Below are positions 16,107-24,796 of a DNA stretch of 25,929 nucleotides, one piece after another. The DNA comes from an uncultured Planctomycetaceae bacterium (lineage in GTDB: Bacteria; Planctomycetota; Planctomycetia; Pirellulales; Thermoguttaceae). A model generated the notes under the pieces. That model made no database searches, was not told the origin of the DNA, and saw nothing but the letters and a program-made list of their open reading frames with translations. How positions within the stretch are numbered: position 1 is the stretch's first letter; every line of letters starts with the position of its first letter. A program made the position numbers and the translations under genes. The stretch lies in the NCBI GenBank assembly GCA_964469945.1, contig CAYYBU010000001.1, forward strand, positions 1 to 25,929. Direction: 5' to 3'.

Positions 16107-16505
16107 ATGCCGGCGACATGCGATATCTACGGAACGGTGTTCGAGGGCGGCACGTGTACGCTGCTGGCCCGCATTGTCGACAGCAGCGGCGCGTGCCTGG
16201 CGCCATCCGCCCTGGCGACGCTGACTTATTCGGTCTACCTGCTGGATGACGACGATGCCGACCGGCGCACGCCCGTGGCCGGCCACGAGGCGGTTGCGCT
16301 GGTTATTGCCGGCGTGGTGCTCGACCAGCCGCGCGTGGACGCGACCTGGACGATCGACACGATCGGCTACAACTTTTGCCACCTGCTGGACGTCTCGGCC
16401 AGCCCGGCGTTTCCCACGGCCGGACGGAAATATCTGGTCGAATACCGGCTCACGCCCAGCAGCGGACAAGTGGTCCTGCTGCGGTTTCGCGTGAACGCCA
16501 TTTAG
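16107..16505 (+). CDS. Hypothetical virion-associated protein, 132 aa
   Basis: Co-oriented, beta-rich, host-like codons, lies in the head-completion region. Confidence 0.7.
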   Translation: MPATCDIYGTVFEGGTCTLLARIVDSSGACLAPSALATLTYSVYLLDDDDADRRTPVAGHEAVALVIAGVVLDQPRVDATWTIDTIGYNFCHLLDVSASPAFPTAGRKYLVEYRLTPSSGQVVLLRFRVNAI

Positions 16506-16529
16506 AACTTTATTGCAAGGCGACCTGCT

Positions 16530-16745
16530 ATGCCCACGGACATCGAACGACTGGCCACCATCAAGGCACAGGCTTTGGCTTTGATCGCCGAAATCACGGC
16601 CCAGCCGAAGCCGACGTACCAGATCGACGGCCAGAACATCTCCTGGGGAGAATATCTCGGGCAGTTGCAGAGCACCGTGCAGTGGTGCGACCAGCAAGCG
16701 GCGGCCGGCGCGCCGGTCGAGGTGCGGTCGCAGGGATACACGTAA
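16530..16745 (+). CDS. Head-to-tail joining protein, lambda gpW-like, 71 aa
   Basis: Helix-hairpin-helix pattern with PTYQIDGQNISW; size and position. Confidence 0.65.
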   Translation: MPTDIERLATIKAQALALIAEITAQPKPTYQIDGQNISWGEYLGQLQSTVQWCDQQAAAGAPVEVRSQGYT

Positions 16746-16751
16746 GAAAGG

Positions 16752-17405
16752 ATGAAGATGGACCCGACTTCCGATTTCGCCGCCGTTTGCGACGGTCTCG
16801 AAGCGGTGACGCTATGCCGGCGCGGCAGCATTCCCGGCGGCCCGGGCACGGTCATTCCCCATGCCCTCCGCCGCCAGGTGACCACGCGCGAGGCCGCCGC
16901 GTCCAACGGAAAATACACGGCCAACGACGTCACCTGGCACCTGCCCGCGGCGGAACTGCACGATGCGCCGCGCCTGGGCGACGTGGTCCTCAGCGGCGAG
17001 GGATGCCAATGGACGGTCTTGGACGTGCAACGCACGACGCTGGGCTCGCGCTGGCGCTGCACGGCGCGCAACGCGACCGTGGTCTATGGCCTGGACGACT
17101 GCATCACGATCGTCAAGGCGATCTACCGCAAGGGAGCTGGCGGGGCTGCCGAACCCACCTGGCTGCCTTGGAAGACGGGCGTTCGCGCCCGCATCCAGCC
17201 GGCCGAGATGCGCGTGGGCAGCCAACACGAGGCGCGCGAGGCAACCACGCGCTGCCAAATCTTCGTCGCCGAGGAACTTGTCCTGGACCAAACGCACCGC
17301 ATCCAGGCAGCCGATGGCACCCTCTACAAGGTGCTGGGCACGAGCCGTGCCCAACGCATTGGGGAACTATTGACCATCGACGCCGAAGTGACGCCCTGGC
17401 CATGA
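16752..17405 (+). CDS. Head closure / head-tail connector (gpFII/SPP1 gp16-like, possibly two tandem domains), 217 aa
   Basis: PRLGDVVL...WTVLDVQ...RWRC and RIQPAE...LYKVLG...LLTIDAEV both resemble head-closure beta barrels. Confidence 0.55.
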   Translation: MKMDPTSDFAAVCDGLEAVTLCRRGSIPGGPGTVIPHALRRQVTTREAAASNGKYTANDVTWHLPAAELHDAPRLGDVVLSGEGCQWTVLDVQRTTLGSRWRCTARNATVVYGLDDCITIVKAIYRKGAGGAAEPTWLPWKTGVRARIQPAEMRVGSQHEAREATTRCQIFVAEELVLDQTHRIQAADGTLYKVLGTSRAQRIGELLTIDAEVTPWP

Positions 17406-17427
17406 CAAACCACGAGGAGCAGGCCCC

Positions 17428-17829
17428 ATGAATCTGGCTCAAGTCATCCATCAGCGTTGGGCGGCGGCCGCGGCGTTGAACGCCCTGCTGCCGGCCGCGC
17501 GGGTCTATACCGGCATGAGCGTGGATCCAACCGTGCCGTTCGCCACCATCAACAAGGAAAGCGAACGTCCGGCGGCATACCTCAATGACGGCTCGTCGGT
17601 GGCGACGGTCGGCTTGCGCATCGACGTGTTCCACGCTCAGCATGACGCCGCGGCCGCGATCGTGGCGCAGATCAAGGCCGTCTTCGACCGCAGCGCGTTC
17701 GCCCTGGCCGGCAGCGATAAGGTCGTCGACGTGCTGTGGGTCAACGACTTCGAGCGGCAAACCGCCGACAGCGTTTGGCAATGCACCTGCGAGTTGAATT
17801 GCACCGTGCAGTTGGCCGCGGGCCAGTAG
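17428..17829 (+). CDS. Tail terminator / tail completion protein (DUF3168-like), 133 aa
   Basis: ALNALLPAARVYTG...PFATI...LRIDVF...AAAIVAQIKAVFD pattern; directly before the tail tube gene. Confidence 0.75.
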   Translation: MNLAQVIHQRWAAAAALNALLPAARVYTGMSVDPTVPFATINKESERPAAYLNDGSSVATVGLRIDVFHAQHDAAAAIVAQIKAVFDRSAFALAGSDKVVDVLWVNDFERQTADSVWQCTCELNCTVQLAAGQ

Positions 17830-17883
17830 TATCCGGCACACTCCGTGTGCCGTTGCGGGCGGCACACGGAGTGTGCCGGATAC
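17829..17883. repeat. Palindromic repeat family B
   Basis: gtatccggcacactccgtgtgccg...cggcacacggagtgtgccggatac overlapping the stop codon. Confidence 0.9.
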
Positions 17884-17927
17884 ATTGAAACGACTTCACT
17901 ATCAACCTTAGCAAGGAGAAGCATGGC

Positions 17928-18326
17928 ATGGCCGTATTAAGCGGAAAAAGCGGCACCCTCTACCTGAACAGCGACGAGGTGACTCCCGTCTCGAACTGGA
18001 AATTCACCATCACCAGCAACAATCCGTCCTACGCCGCCAATGACACCGGCGGCTGGAAACAACGTGCCGCGGGCGTGTGCGATTCCACGGGCTCGTTCCA
18101 GGTCAAGGTCGACGACAGCGGACATTGCCCCGTGGCCGAGGGAGACGCCGCCACGCTGCAATTGCACGTCGACAACAGCGGCAACAACTACTACCAGGTC
18201 CCCGCGATCATCGACAAGATCGAGGTCGATGTCGATCTGAGCGCCGGCAAGATACTCGCCTACGCCGTGGAGTTTTCCGGCAACGGCGCGGTGACGCCGA
18301 ACGGCATCGTGGCCAAGGCCAGTTAG
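17928..18326 (+). CDS. Major tail tube protein (siphovirus type), 132 aa
   Basis: AAGGAG SD; MAVLSGKSGTLY...W...DTGGWKQRAAG...TGSF...YAVEFSGNG tube pattern. Confidence 0.8.
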   Translation: MAVLSGKSGTLYLNSDEVTPVSNWKFTITSNNPSYAANDTGGWKQRAAGVCDSTGSFQVKVDDSGHCPVAEGDAATLQLHVDNSGNNYYQVPAIIDKIEVDVDLSAGKILAYAVEFSGNGAVTPNGIVAKAS

Positions 18327-18335
18327 GGGGAAGAA

Positions 18336-18410
18336 GGGGACAGGTCCATATTTTCGGACCGCATCACGTCTGCGAGCCAGGTCGATTGGCCGAAAAATGG
18401 ACCAGTCCCC
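18336..18410. repeat. GGGGACAGGTCCATATTTTCGG / CCGAAAAATGGACCAGTCCCC palindromic repeat
   Basis: Imperfect inverted arms 18336-18357 and 18390-18410. Confidence 0.8.
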
Positions 18411-18451
18411 GCGCACCTCGTGAACGCTTACGTGGAAAAAGAGATGTTGCC

Positions 18452-19258
18452 ATGCATACCCGATCGTCGTCACAAACTGTCCCCTCCACGTCGTCCGAAG
18501 GCGCTGTGGCGGATAGCATTGAGCGTGCCCGGGATTCCCTCGACGTTCTGAGCGAGACGGTCCGCAGCGTGGTCGAAAGCCTCAGCAGCATGATGGCAAT
18601 CCTGCGCGCGGTGGCCGACCACGGCGCCGAGGAGAGCGGCGACTCGGCGCGGCAGCCGTTCGTGCGGCAAGGCGAATCCCCGCAACCCGTGGAGGATCGT
18701 GCGGCGTCGGCGCCGGCCCGGTTGCGAGCGACCGAGGAGGACCGCGGCCCGGATGAAGCAGCCGACCGTGGCGACGAGGCGCGCCGGCCTTTTCCCGAGA
18801 AGGCAGACGCGGGGGCACCCCCGTCCAGGCTGCGCGGGGAGGATGCTGACGAGCAAGACGCAGAGAATCGCCCGGCCTACAGTACGGCCGCGCCGAGCAC
18901 CGCACCCGAGAATGCCCATGAAGAGCAAGCGTCCGATGCCGCTGACCCGCTGTCCTCCACGCCTGCCGCGCAGGGGGCCGATGACGTACAGTCGGCGCTG
19001 CCGAGCCAGTCGCTTCCCGGGCCAAGCGACGATGTCCAGCAGTTTCCCTCGCCGTATGCCGATGCGGCATCGTCCGTCATGCTGCCGCCTTTTCCGGCCG
19101 CCAGCGTCATGGATCTCCAGGGACTTTTCCAAGACGTGGCCACGCACAGCGATCAGCAGGAGCAGATCCGCATTGCTCGCGAGCAACTGGCCGAACAGAA
19201 AGGCATTCGCGAAGCATTGGCCAACCAAGGCAGCGCGGAAGCCGCCTGGGGAGAGTGA
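18452..19258 (+). CDS. Low-complexity protein with helical ends, candidate mini tape measure, 268 aa
   Basis: ATG 18452 in the 18077 ORF frame; helical N- and C-termini flanking an A/P/S/D/E-rich centre; stop 2 nt before the next ATG. Confidence 0.55.
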   Translation: MHTRSSSQTVPSTSSEGAVADSIERARDSLDVLSETVRSVVESLSSMMAILRAVADHGAEESGDSARQPFVRQGESPQPVEDRAASAPARLRATEEDRGPDEAADRGDEARRPFPEKADAGAPPSRLRGEDADEQDAENRPAYSTAAPSTAPENAHEEQASDAADPLSSTPAAQGADDVQSALPSQSLPGPSDDVQQFPSPYADAASSVMLPPFPAASVMDLQGLFQDVATHSDQQEQIRIAREQLAEQKGIREALANQGSAEAAWGE

Positions 19259-19259
19259 C

Positions 19260-19958
19260 ATGGACGGTTTGAGCCAGTTGACCGCCGCCGGCCACACCGT
19301 GACGTGCGGCGGCCGCACCTACCACCTGAGTCCGTTGACGTTGGCGGACTATGGCGAGATCGAGAACCAGATCGTTGCCGCGCGTGCCGATCCACGCGGC
19401 GGACTGCGGCAGCGGCTGGCCGGCATGAGTGCCGAGGAACAGGAACAGGAATTGGAGCGGGTCTTCGACCAGGCCGTGGCGGCGCGGCGCGTGACCCTCG
19501 GCGATCTGGACCAGTGGTGGCAGACGTGGGCGGGTCTCTGTTACCGCTTCTGGCTGATGATCCGCAAGCGGCAGCCGAGCGTGGAGCTCGAAGAGGCCGC
19601 GGCGATCCTCGCACGTCTGTCCTTGGAGAGGCGGGCGGAGCTGGTCCGCCGCATGGAAGCCTGTTACGGATTGCCGGTGGACCAGCCGATGGGCGGCCCG
19701 GCTGAGGAGCGCGACGCCGCCTGGCGCGATGCGGCGCCGCCGTGGGGCCAATGGGCGTGCCGTTTGAGCCGCCTCTACGGCTGGTCGCCCGCCGAACTCG
19801 CCGCGCTGACGATCGCGCAGATGTGGACTTATTTGACCGAATCGTGCGGGCCCGGCGCGTGCAAACGCATGGCGGTGGCCGACGGGCTGGCTTATTGCGC
19901 ACGGCGGCGCCGGCAACGCGAACAATGGATTCGCCAGATGATGGAGAAACGATCATGA
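19260..19958 (+). CDS. Tail assembly chaperone, G and T-like regions in one frame, 232 aa
   Basis: ATG 19260 after GGAG; GRTYHLSPLTLADYGEIE (G-like) and LSRLYGWSPAELAALTIAQM (T-like). Confidence 0.65.
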   Translation: MDGLSQLTAAGHTVTCGGRTYHLSPLTLADYGEIENQIVAARADPRGGLRQRLAGMSAEEQEQELERVFDQAVAARRVTLGDLDQWWQTWAGLCYRFWLMIRKRQPSVELEEAAAILARLSLERRAELVRRMEACYGLPVDQPMGGPAEERDAAWRDAAPPWGQWACRLSRLYGWSPAELAALTIAQMWTYLTESCGPGACKRMAVADGLAYCARRRRQREQWIRQMMEKRS

Positions 19959-20830
19959 CCGTGTTGTTCAAGGAACTGGCCGGCTCGCCCACGGAAACTT
20001 ATGGGCCGGAAGGCATGGCCGCCCAACGGCGTTTGCTCTGTGCCTATGAAGATCGGCTGAGCGTGGTGGCCGCGCTGTTGGGCACCGCCAACGCAAGCGA
20101 CGGCCCCTGGCAGGCCCAATATCCGGGCCACCCCGGCGTGATGGCCACGCGGGTGCGCGTGGAACCGTTCGAGAAGAAGCCCGACGATCAGGGCGCATTC
20201 CTGGATCTGACGGCGGATCTGAACAGCTACAGCAATCAGTTCGCCCAGGTCGTGGTCAGCTACGAGTTGATCGATGGGGGCGGTTATCCGAAAATGCCCG
20301 GCGCGCAGCCGGGCACGATCCTCACCTACCGTATGGACTTTGCCGGCGAATATCTCACGCTGCCCGGACAGAGCTTGCAGTGGCAATCCGACGCCACGCT
20401 GCCGGTGCCGCCGGACGCCGTGCCCACGCTGCGGATCCCCATCGTCGAGCACCAACTCACCTGGCGGCACGTGATCGATCCGCCCTGGGACGCCATTCGC
20501 GATTGCGCGGGCACGGTCAACAACGCGCTTTTCATGGGCGCGGCCGCCGAGACCGTGCTATTCGATGGCGCCAGGGCCGATCGCGAGTTCGTCGGCCTGG
20601 ACGACTTTCAGCAACCGCAGTTCGGCTGGCGCATCACTTACGTCTTCCGGGAAAAGGCCATCAAGATCCTCGACGGCATTTTCGGCGAGACCACCTACGG
20701 TTGGAACCACTGTTACTGCGACGTGCCCTTTCCCAATTCGTGCTGGGACCGGCTGGTCGATCAGAACGGCAACTCCCTCTATGCGACGGAGGATTTCGAT
20801 GCCCTGTTCGAGTTCACGGCGATATCGTAA
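19955..20830 (+). CDS. Putative distal tail / hub protein, 291 aa
   Basis: ATGA overlap with the preceding stop; aromatic beta-rich sequence; position in the tail module. Confidence 0.6.
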   Translation: MTVLFKELAGSPTETYGPEGMAAQRRLLCAYEDRLSVVAALLGTANASDGPWQAQYPGHPGVMATRVRVEPFEKKPDDQGAFLDLTADLNSYSNQFAQVVVSYELIDGGGYPKMPGAQPGTILTYRMDFAGEYLTLPGQSLQWQSDATLPVPPDAVPTLRIPIVEHQLTWRHVIDPPWDAIRDCAGTVNNALFMGAAAETVLFDGARADREFVGLDDFQQPQFGWRITYVFREKAIKILDGIFGETTYGWNHCYCDVPFPNSCWDRLVDQNGNSLYATEDFDALFEFTAIS

Positions 20831-20859
20831 AGATCGGCGGAAAAATAATATCCGCAAAT

Positions 20860-20913
20860 CGTAGGTCAGGCTGTGCCTGACACCCCAGACTGTCAGGCAC
20901 AGCCTGACCTACG
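20860..20913. repeat. REP-like GTAG palindrome (CGTAGGTCAGGCTGTGCCTGACA)
   Basis: Perfect 23-bp inverted arms 20860-20882 and 20891-20913. Confidence 0.9.
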
Positions 20914-21017
20914 GGGGACTGGACCTTCCGCCCAAGTCCGGAAGTTATTACTCGGCCGATCCCAAGGATCGGCAGATGAACGGTTGTTACATTACAACGC
21001 TCCGCAGTGAGTTCCCC

Positions 21018-22136
21018 ATGACGATCGAACGTGTCCATCGCGGCGATCCACTGAGCGCCGCTTGTCAGAACGAACTGATCGACCAGGTCAATGCCCTGGG
21101 TCGTCCCGGGACTGCCGGAGAGGCCCAGTACGGCAGCGGCGGCATCACGTTTTTCGGCCCGCGGCGGACGCCCCTGGCGATCTTCCAACTGCTCGAGGAG
21201 TTGAACTACCCGAACCTGACCGACGCCCCCAGCGATCATTTCGATCGCGAGCCGACGGCCTATGCCACGGCGCAGATGGTCTGGTGTCAGCAGTTCCAGG
21301 CGACGGATGTCGCGCCGGACGGCCAGGCGGTGCGCAGCTACGGTGGCAGTCAGCATTCCGCCGTGGTCACCATCTGGCATCCTTGTGCGCCGTGCAACGC
21401 CGCCGGCTACGCCGTGGGGCCATCCCCCTTTGCCGCGGGTAGCCGTGTGGTTTGCCAATGGGATCGCCAGAGCGGCCGTTGGGAGATCCTCGGCGACGGC
21501 CCGCCGTGGGTGGTTTCCTACGCCAAAGTGCAGGCCGGCTGCGGGTACACGAACTTCGGCATGATGGCCGGCTTTTGTCAAAACTCGACATCCGTCCCCG
21601 TCATGCTGTGCGACGCGGACGGTTCCAATGAGGTGGGCGGCGTCATGAACCTGCCGCTGCCCAGTCTTGGAGACACCTGCAGCGTGCCGCCCTCGCGTTC
21701 GCCGGCCTTGTTTCCCGGCGACGTGATCAAGCTCGGCCGCGATCAGACCGGGCAGTGGACGATTCTCGACTACGGCGCGCACATCGACGATGCCGGCGGT
21801 ACGGTGCGCATGCAGATCTATGCACAGATCCCCCGCGGCTGGTCGGCTTATGCGCTGATGACGGATCGCATGCCCATCGGCGCCGGCGGCCAGTATGCCC
21901 CGGAGTGGACCGGCGGAGGCATCTACCCGGACCATCGGCACGCCCTGGACACGACCACCTTCGGCACCGCCTGGGTCGCGGCGGGAAACAACGTCAATGC
22001 GCTGACCTCGGTGGGACAGGTCGTCGCGACCGGCGATGAGGAACCGATGCCGAACCCCACCCCGCCGTATCTCGAACAGCCGCCGACGTATATGCCGCCC
22101 TACTGCCCCTTGCAGTTCATCCAGCGCAGCAGTTGA
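21018..22136 (+). CDS. Putative tail tip / fibre protein, 372 aa
   Basis: N-terminus VHRGDPLSAACQNELIDQVN resembles fibre-anchoring segments; the rest is G/P/W/Y-rich; start 21018 preferred over 20976. Confidence 0.55.
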   Translation: MTIERVHRGDPLSAACQNELIDQVNALGRPGTAGEAQYGSGGITFFGPRRTPLAIFQLLEELNYPNLTDAPSDHFDREPTAYATAQMVWCQQFQATDVAPDGQAVRSYGGSQHSAVVTIWHPCAPCNAAGYAVGPSPFAAGSRVVCQWDRQSGRWEILGDGPPWVVSYAKVQAGCGYTNFGMMAGFCQNSTSVPVMLCDADGSNEVGGVMNLPLPSLGDTCSVPPSRSPALFPGDVIKLGRDQTGQWTILDYGAHIDDAGGTVRMQIYAQIPRGWSAYALMTDRMPIGAGGQYAPEWTGGGIYPDHRHALDTTTFGTAWVAAGNNVNALTSVGQVVATGDEEPMPNPTPPYLEQPPTYMPPYCPLQFIQRSS

Positions 22137-22167
22137 TGGCCCCGATCCGTACCGTGCGATCTTCACC

Positions 22168-23196
22168 ATGAGAGTTTTCGTCATCGGCTATCCCTCGGCG
22201 ATCGGTGGGGCCAACACCGAACTGTGGCACACGGTGAAACTGTGGCGCCGCTTCGGCTGCGACGTCGCGCTGCTGCCCACCTGGCAGGCTGACCCCGCCT
22301 GGCAGTTGCGCCTGGAGAATCTGGGTTGTCGCACCATCGAGAGCCAGCCCGATGATCTGGATCGTGTGCCCGGGCTTGCCGGCGGCATCGTCGTGGTGTT
22401 TTGCAATACGCGATTTCTGGCGGCCGCCGAGCGTTTTCGCCGGCTCGGCTGCCGCGTGGTCTGGCTGGGTTGCATGAATTGGCTTTTTCCCGAGGAACGG
22501 CTGCATTATCGGCAATTCGGCCCCTTCGCCCGGCACGTCTTCCAGAGCCGTTACCAGCACGACGAACTGACACCGCAACTACGCCCTTATGGATATGAAG
22601 ACGGTCGGGGACGAATCATTCGCGGCGCCTGGGATGCCGACGAACTGGCTTTCGCGCCTCGCCCCCATGCGGCGGGCGAAGTTTTCGTCGTCGGGCGAGT
22701 CAGCCGCGCCGATCCCGATAAGTTCTCGCCCACGCTGTGGAAAACCTACGGACGGATTCCGCATCCGATCCGGGCTCGCGTGCTGGGCTGGCAACAGGAC
22801 ATACAGGCGCGGCTGGGACCGCCGCCACCGTGGGCCGAGTGCTTTCCCGCCGGGGCACAGACGCCCGCGCAACTGCTCCACTCGCTCCATGCCCTGGTGC
22901 AGGCCAACGCCGCGGCAGTGGAAAACTGGCCGCGGGTCGGCCTGGAAGCCATGGCCGCGGGCGTGCCCCTGGTGGTCGATGCCAAAGGCGGCTGGCAGGA
23001 GATGATCCGCCACGGCGAGACCGGTTACCTCTGCACGACCGACGACCAGTTCGCCTACTATGCCGCACGCTTGGCCTATGACGAAGAGCACCGCCGGCAA
23101 CTCATCCGCCAGGCCCGGCACGCGCTGCTCCACGAATTGGCCGAGCCCCGGGCGATCTGGTCGCAGTGGCAGGCGTTGTTTGAGGAATTGTCATGA
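22168..23196 (+). CDS. Glycosyltransferase, GT-B fold (GT4-like), 342 aa
   Basis: MRVFVIG...GGANT start; ENWPRVGLEAMAAGVPLVV...GGWQEMIRHGETGYL signature. Confidence 0.9.
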   Translation: MRVFVIGYPSAIGGANTELWHTVKLWRRFGCDVALLPTWQADPAWQLRLENLGCRTIESQPDDLDRVPGLAGGIVVVFCNTRFLAAAERFRRLGCRVVWLGCMNWLFPEERLHYRQFGPFARHVFQSRYQHDELTPQLRPYGYEDGRGRIIRGAWDADELAFAPRPHAAGEVFVVGRVSRADPDKFSPTLWKTYGRIPHPIRARVLGWQQDIQARLGPPPPWAECFPAGAQTPAQLLHSLHALVQANAAAVENWPRVGLEAMAAGVPLVVDAKGGWQEMIRHGETGYLCTTDDQFAYYAARLAYDEEHRRQLIRQARHALLHELAEPRAIWSQWQALFEELS

Positions 23197-23912
23197 AAAT
23201 CGCCGCCGTGTGCGTCACTTACCTGCGTCCCAGGCAATTGGGCTGGATGATCCAATGCTTTCTTCGCCAGGATTATCCGGCCGCGAAACGGGAGTTGGTC
23301 ATTCTGGACGATGCGGGCCAATACGACGACGCCTCGGGAGCGGGCTGGCGGTTGATTTCCACGGCGACGCGGTTTCCCACCCTGGGGGAAAAACGCAATG
23401 CGGCGGCCGCCCTAGTGGCCGCCGACACCGACGCCCTGGCCGTCTGGGACGACGACGATTTGTATCTGCCCTGGGCGCTGTCGGCCTCGGCCGCTGCCTT
23501 GAAACGTGCCGCCTGGTCGCGTCCCTCCCTGGTCCTCCACCGGCAAGACGACGGCCGGCTACAACAACATCACACCGGCGGACTGTTTCACGGCGGTTGG
23601 GCCTATCGGCGCGACCTGTTCCGCCGCCTCGGCGGCTATCCGGCCATGGACAACGGCGAAGACCAGGCCCTGGCCGCGCGGTTCCGCGGCGCCCGCATTG
23701 AGCCGGCCGACCCCTGCACGCTTGAATGGCCGCCCTTTTACATCTACTGTTGGAGCGGCCACGGCTGGCACCTGTCGGGCATGGGCGGCGACGGCTATCG
23801 GCGGTTGGGCGCCTTCCGCGGAGAGAAAACGCCGCTGGAAATCGTCGATCCGCCGGGCATCGATCTGTGCCATCCGCCGATCGTGCCCGGCGTACATCCG
23901 AGGATATTTTGA
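23193..23912 (+). CDS. Glycosyltransferase, GT-A fold (GT2-like), 239 aa
   Basis: CVTYLRP, FLRQDYP, ELVILDD, LGEKRN, WDDDD (DxD), GEDQAL; ATGA coupling to the previous gene. Confidence 0.9.
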   Translation: MKIAAVCVTYLRPRQLGWMIQCFLRQDYPAAKRELVILDDAGQYDDASGAGWRLISTATRFPTLGEKRNAAAALVAADTDALAVWDDDDLYLPWALSASAAALKRAAWSRPSLVLHRQDDGRLQQHHTGGLFHGGWAYRRDLFRRLGGYPAMDNGEDQALAARFRGARIEPADPCTLEWPPFYIYCWSGHGWHLSGMGGDGYRRLGAFRGEKTPLEIVDPPGIDLCHPPIVPGVHPRIF

Positions 23913-23929
23913 AGGAAAACGGTCAAACC

Positions 23930-24775
23930 ATGAAGCCGATTCGCTTGATTCGCGCGGTTTCCGCCCAAACCGGTCGCGGCCCGGGCAACGGCCAGTATGC
24001 CTTGCAAAAGGCCTTGCGGGAATTCGGGCCGCCCTGGCTCCGCATCGGCGGCATCTTGCAGAAGAAGGAAATTCCCTGGTTCTGGTGCTGGGAAGACGGC
24101 GAGGCGGCCGCACTGTGCGCACGAACCGGACAACCCTTCGTCGCCGGCCCCAATATCCTCTTTGCCCAGAGCCGCCAGCCCTGCCACAACGAGGCCGAGC
24201 GGGCGATCTGCGCGGCGGCCAGTTGCCGACTGCTCTTCACCGAATCGCACTGGTACCGGCGGCTCATCGAGCAGTATCGCGGTCCGGCCAACCGCGCGCC
24301 GCTGGTGGTGTGGCCCTATCCGATCGATCCGCATCCCGGCGGCCCGCTGCCCGCCGAGCACGACTTGTTGATCTACGAGAAATCGGGCGTCGCTGCGGAG
24401 ACCGTGGCACGGTTGCAGCAAGCCTGGCCGCGGTCGGTCGTCATTCACTATGGGCGTTATCGGCGCGACGATCTGATCCAGGCCGCGCGGCGGTCGCGAT
24501 GTTGCGTGTACCTGTCCGATGATGATCGCGGTCCGTTGGCCTTGGCGGAAATTCTTTTGTCCGGCTGTCCGGCAGTGGGAATACCGCGCGGCGCGCCGTT
24601 CATTCGGCCCGGCCGCACGGGCGTGTTGCTGGACCGACTCGACGGGCAGGCGTGCGTGGAGGCGGTGGCCCAGTGCCGGCTTTTGGATCGCAAGGCCGTC
24701 GGCGCGCTGGCGGCCAGACAATTCGATGCCCGGCGGATTGTGGGGATCATCGTCGCGGCGCTGGGGGAGGTGTAG
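23930..24775 (+). CDS. Glycosyltransferase, GT-B-like, 281 aa
   Basis: ATG 23930 after AAGGA; DDRGPLALAEILLSGCPAVG...GRTGVLL is a degenerate GT4-type C-terminal motif. Confidence 0.7.
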   Translation: MKPIRLIRAVSAQTGRGPGNGQYALQKALREFGPPWLRIGGILQKKEIPWFWCWEDGEAAALCARTGQPFVAGPNILFAQSRQPCHNEAERAICAAASCRLLFTESHWYRRLIEQYRGPANRAPLVVWPYPIDPHPGGPLPAEHDLLIYEKSGVAAETVARLQQAWPRSVVIHYGRYRRDDLIQAARRSRCCVYLSDDDRGPLALAEILLSGCPAVGIPRGAPFIRPGRTGVLLDRLDGQACVEAVAQCRLLDRKAVGALAARQFDARRIVGIIVAALGEV

Positions 24776-24796
24776 CGAAAGTAACCGTTTAGGCTC

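Larger units (their letters stand above)
2670..24775 (+). mobile_element. Phage-derived head-tail gene cluster, GTA-like / domesticated prophage
   Basis: Co-oriented terminase-portal-protease-cement-capsid-neck-tail genes; no integrase, replication or lysis gene recognised; host-like GC; host repeats at many junctions. Confidence 0.8.

Noticed and set aside
16107-22136. Contractile injection system, R-type tailocin or T6SS
   Set aside because: No tail sheath, baseplate wedge or VgrG/PAAR-like gene recognised, and a full head/packaging module is present.
14280-22136. Diversity-generating retroelement or invertible fibre cassette
   Set aside because: No reverse transcriptase or invertase gene and no template/variable repeat pair seen between the two fibre-like genes.
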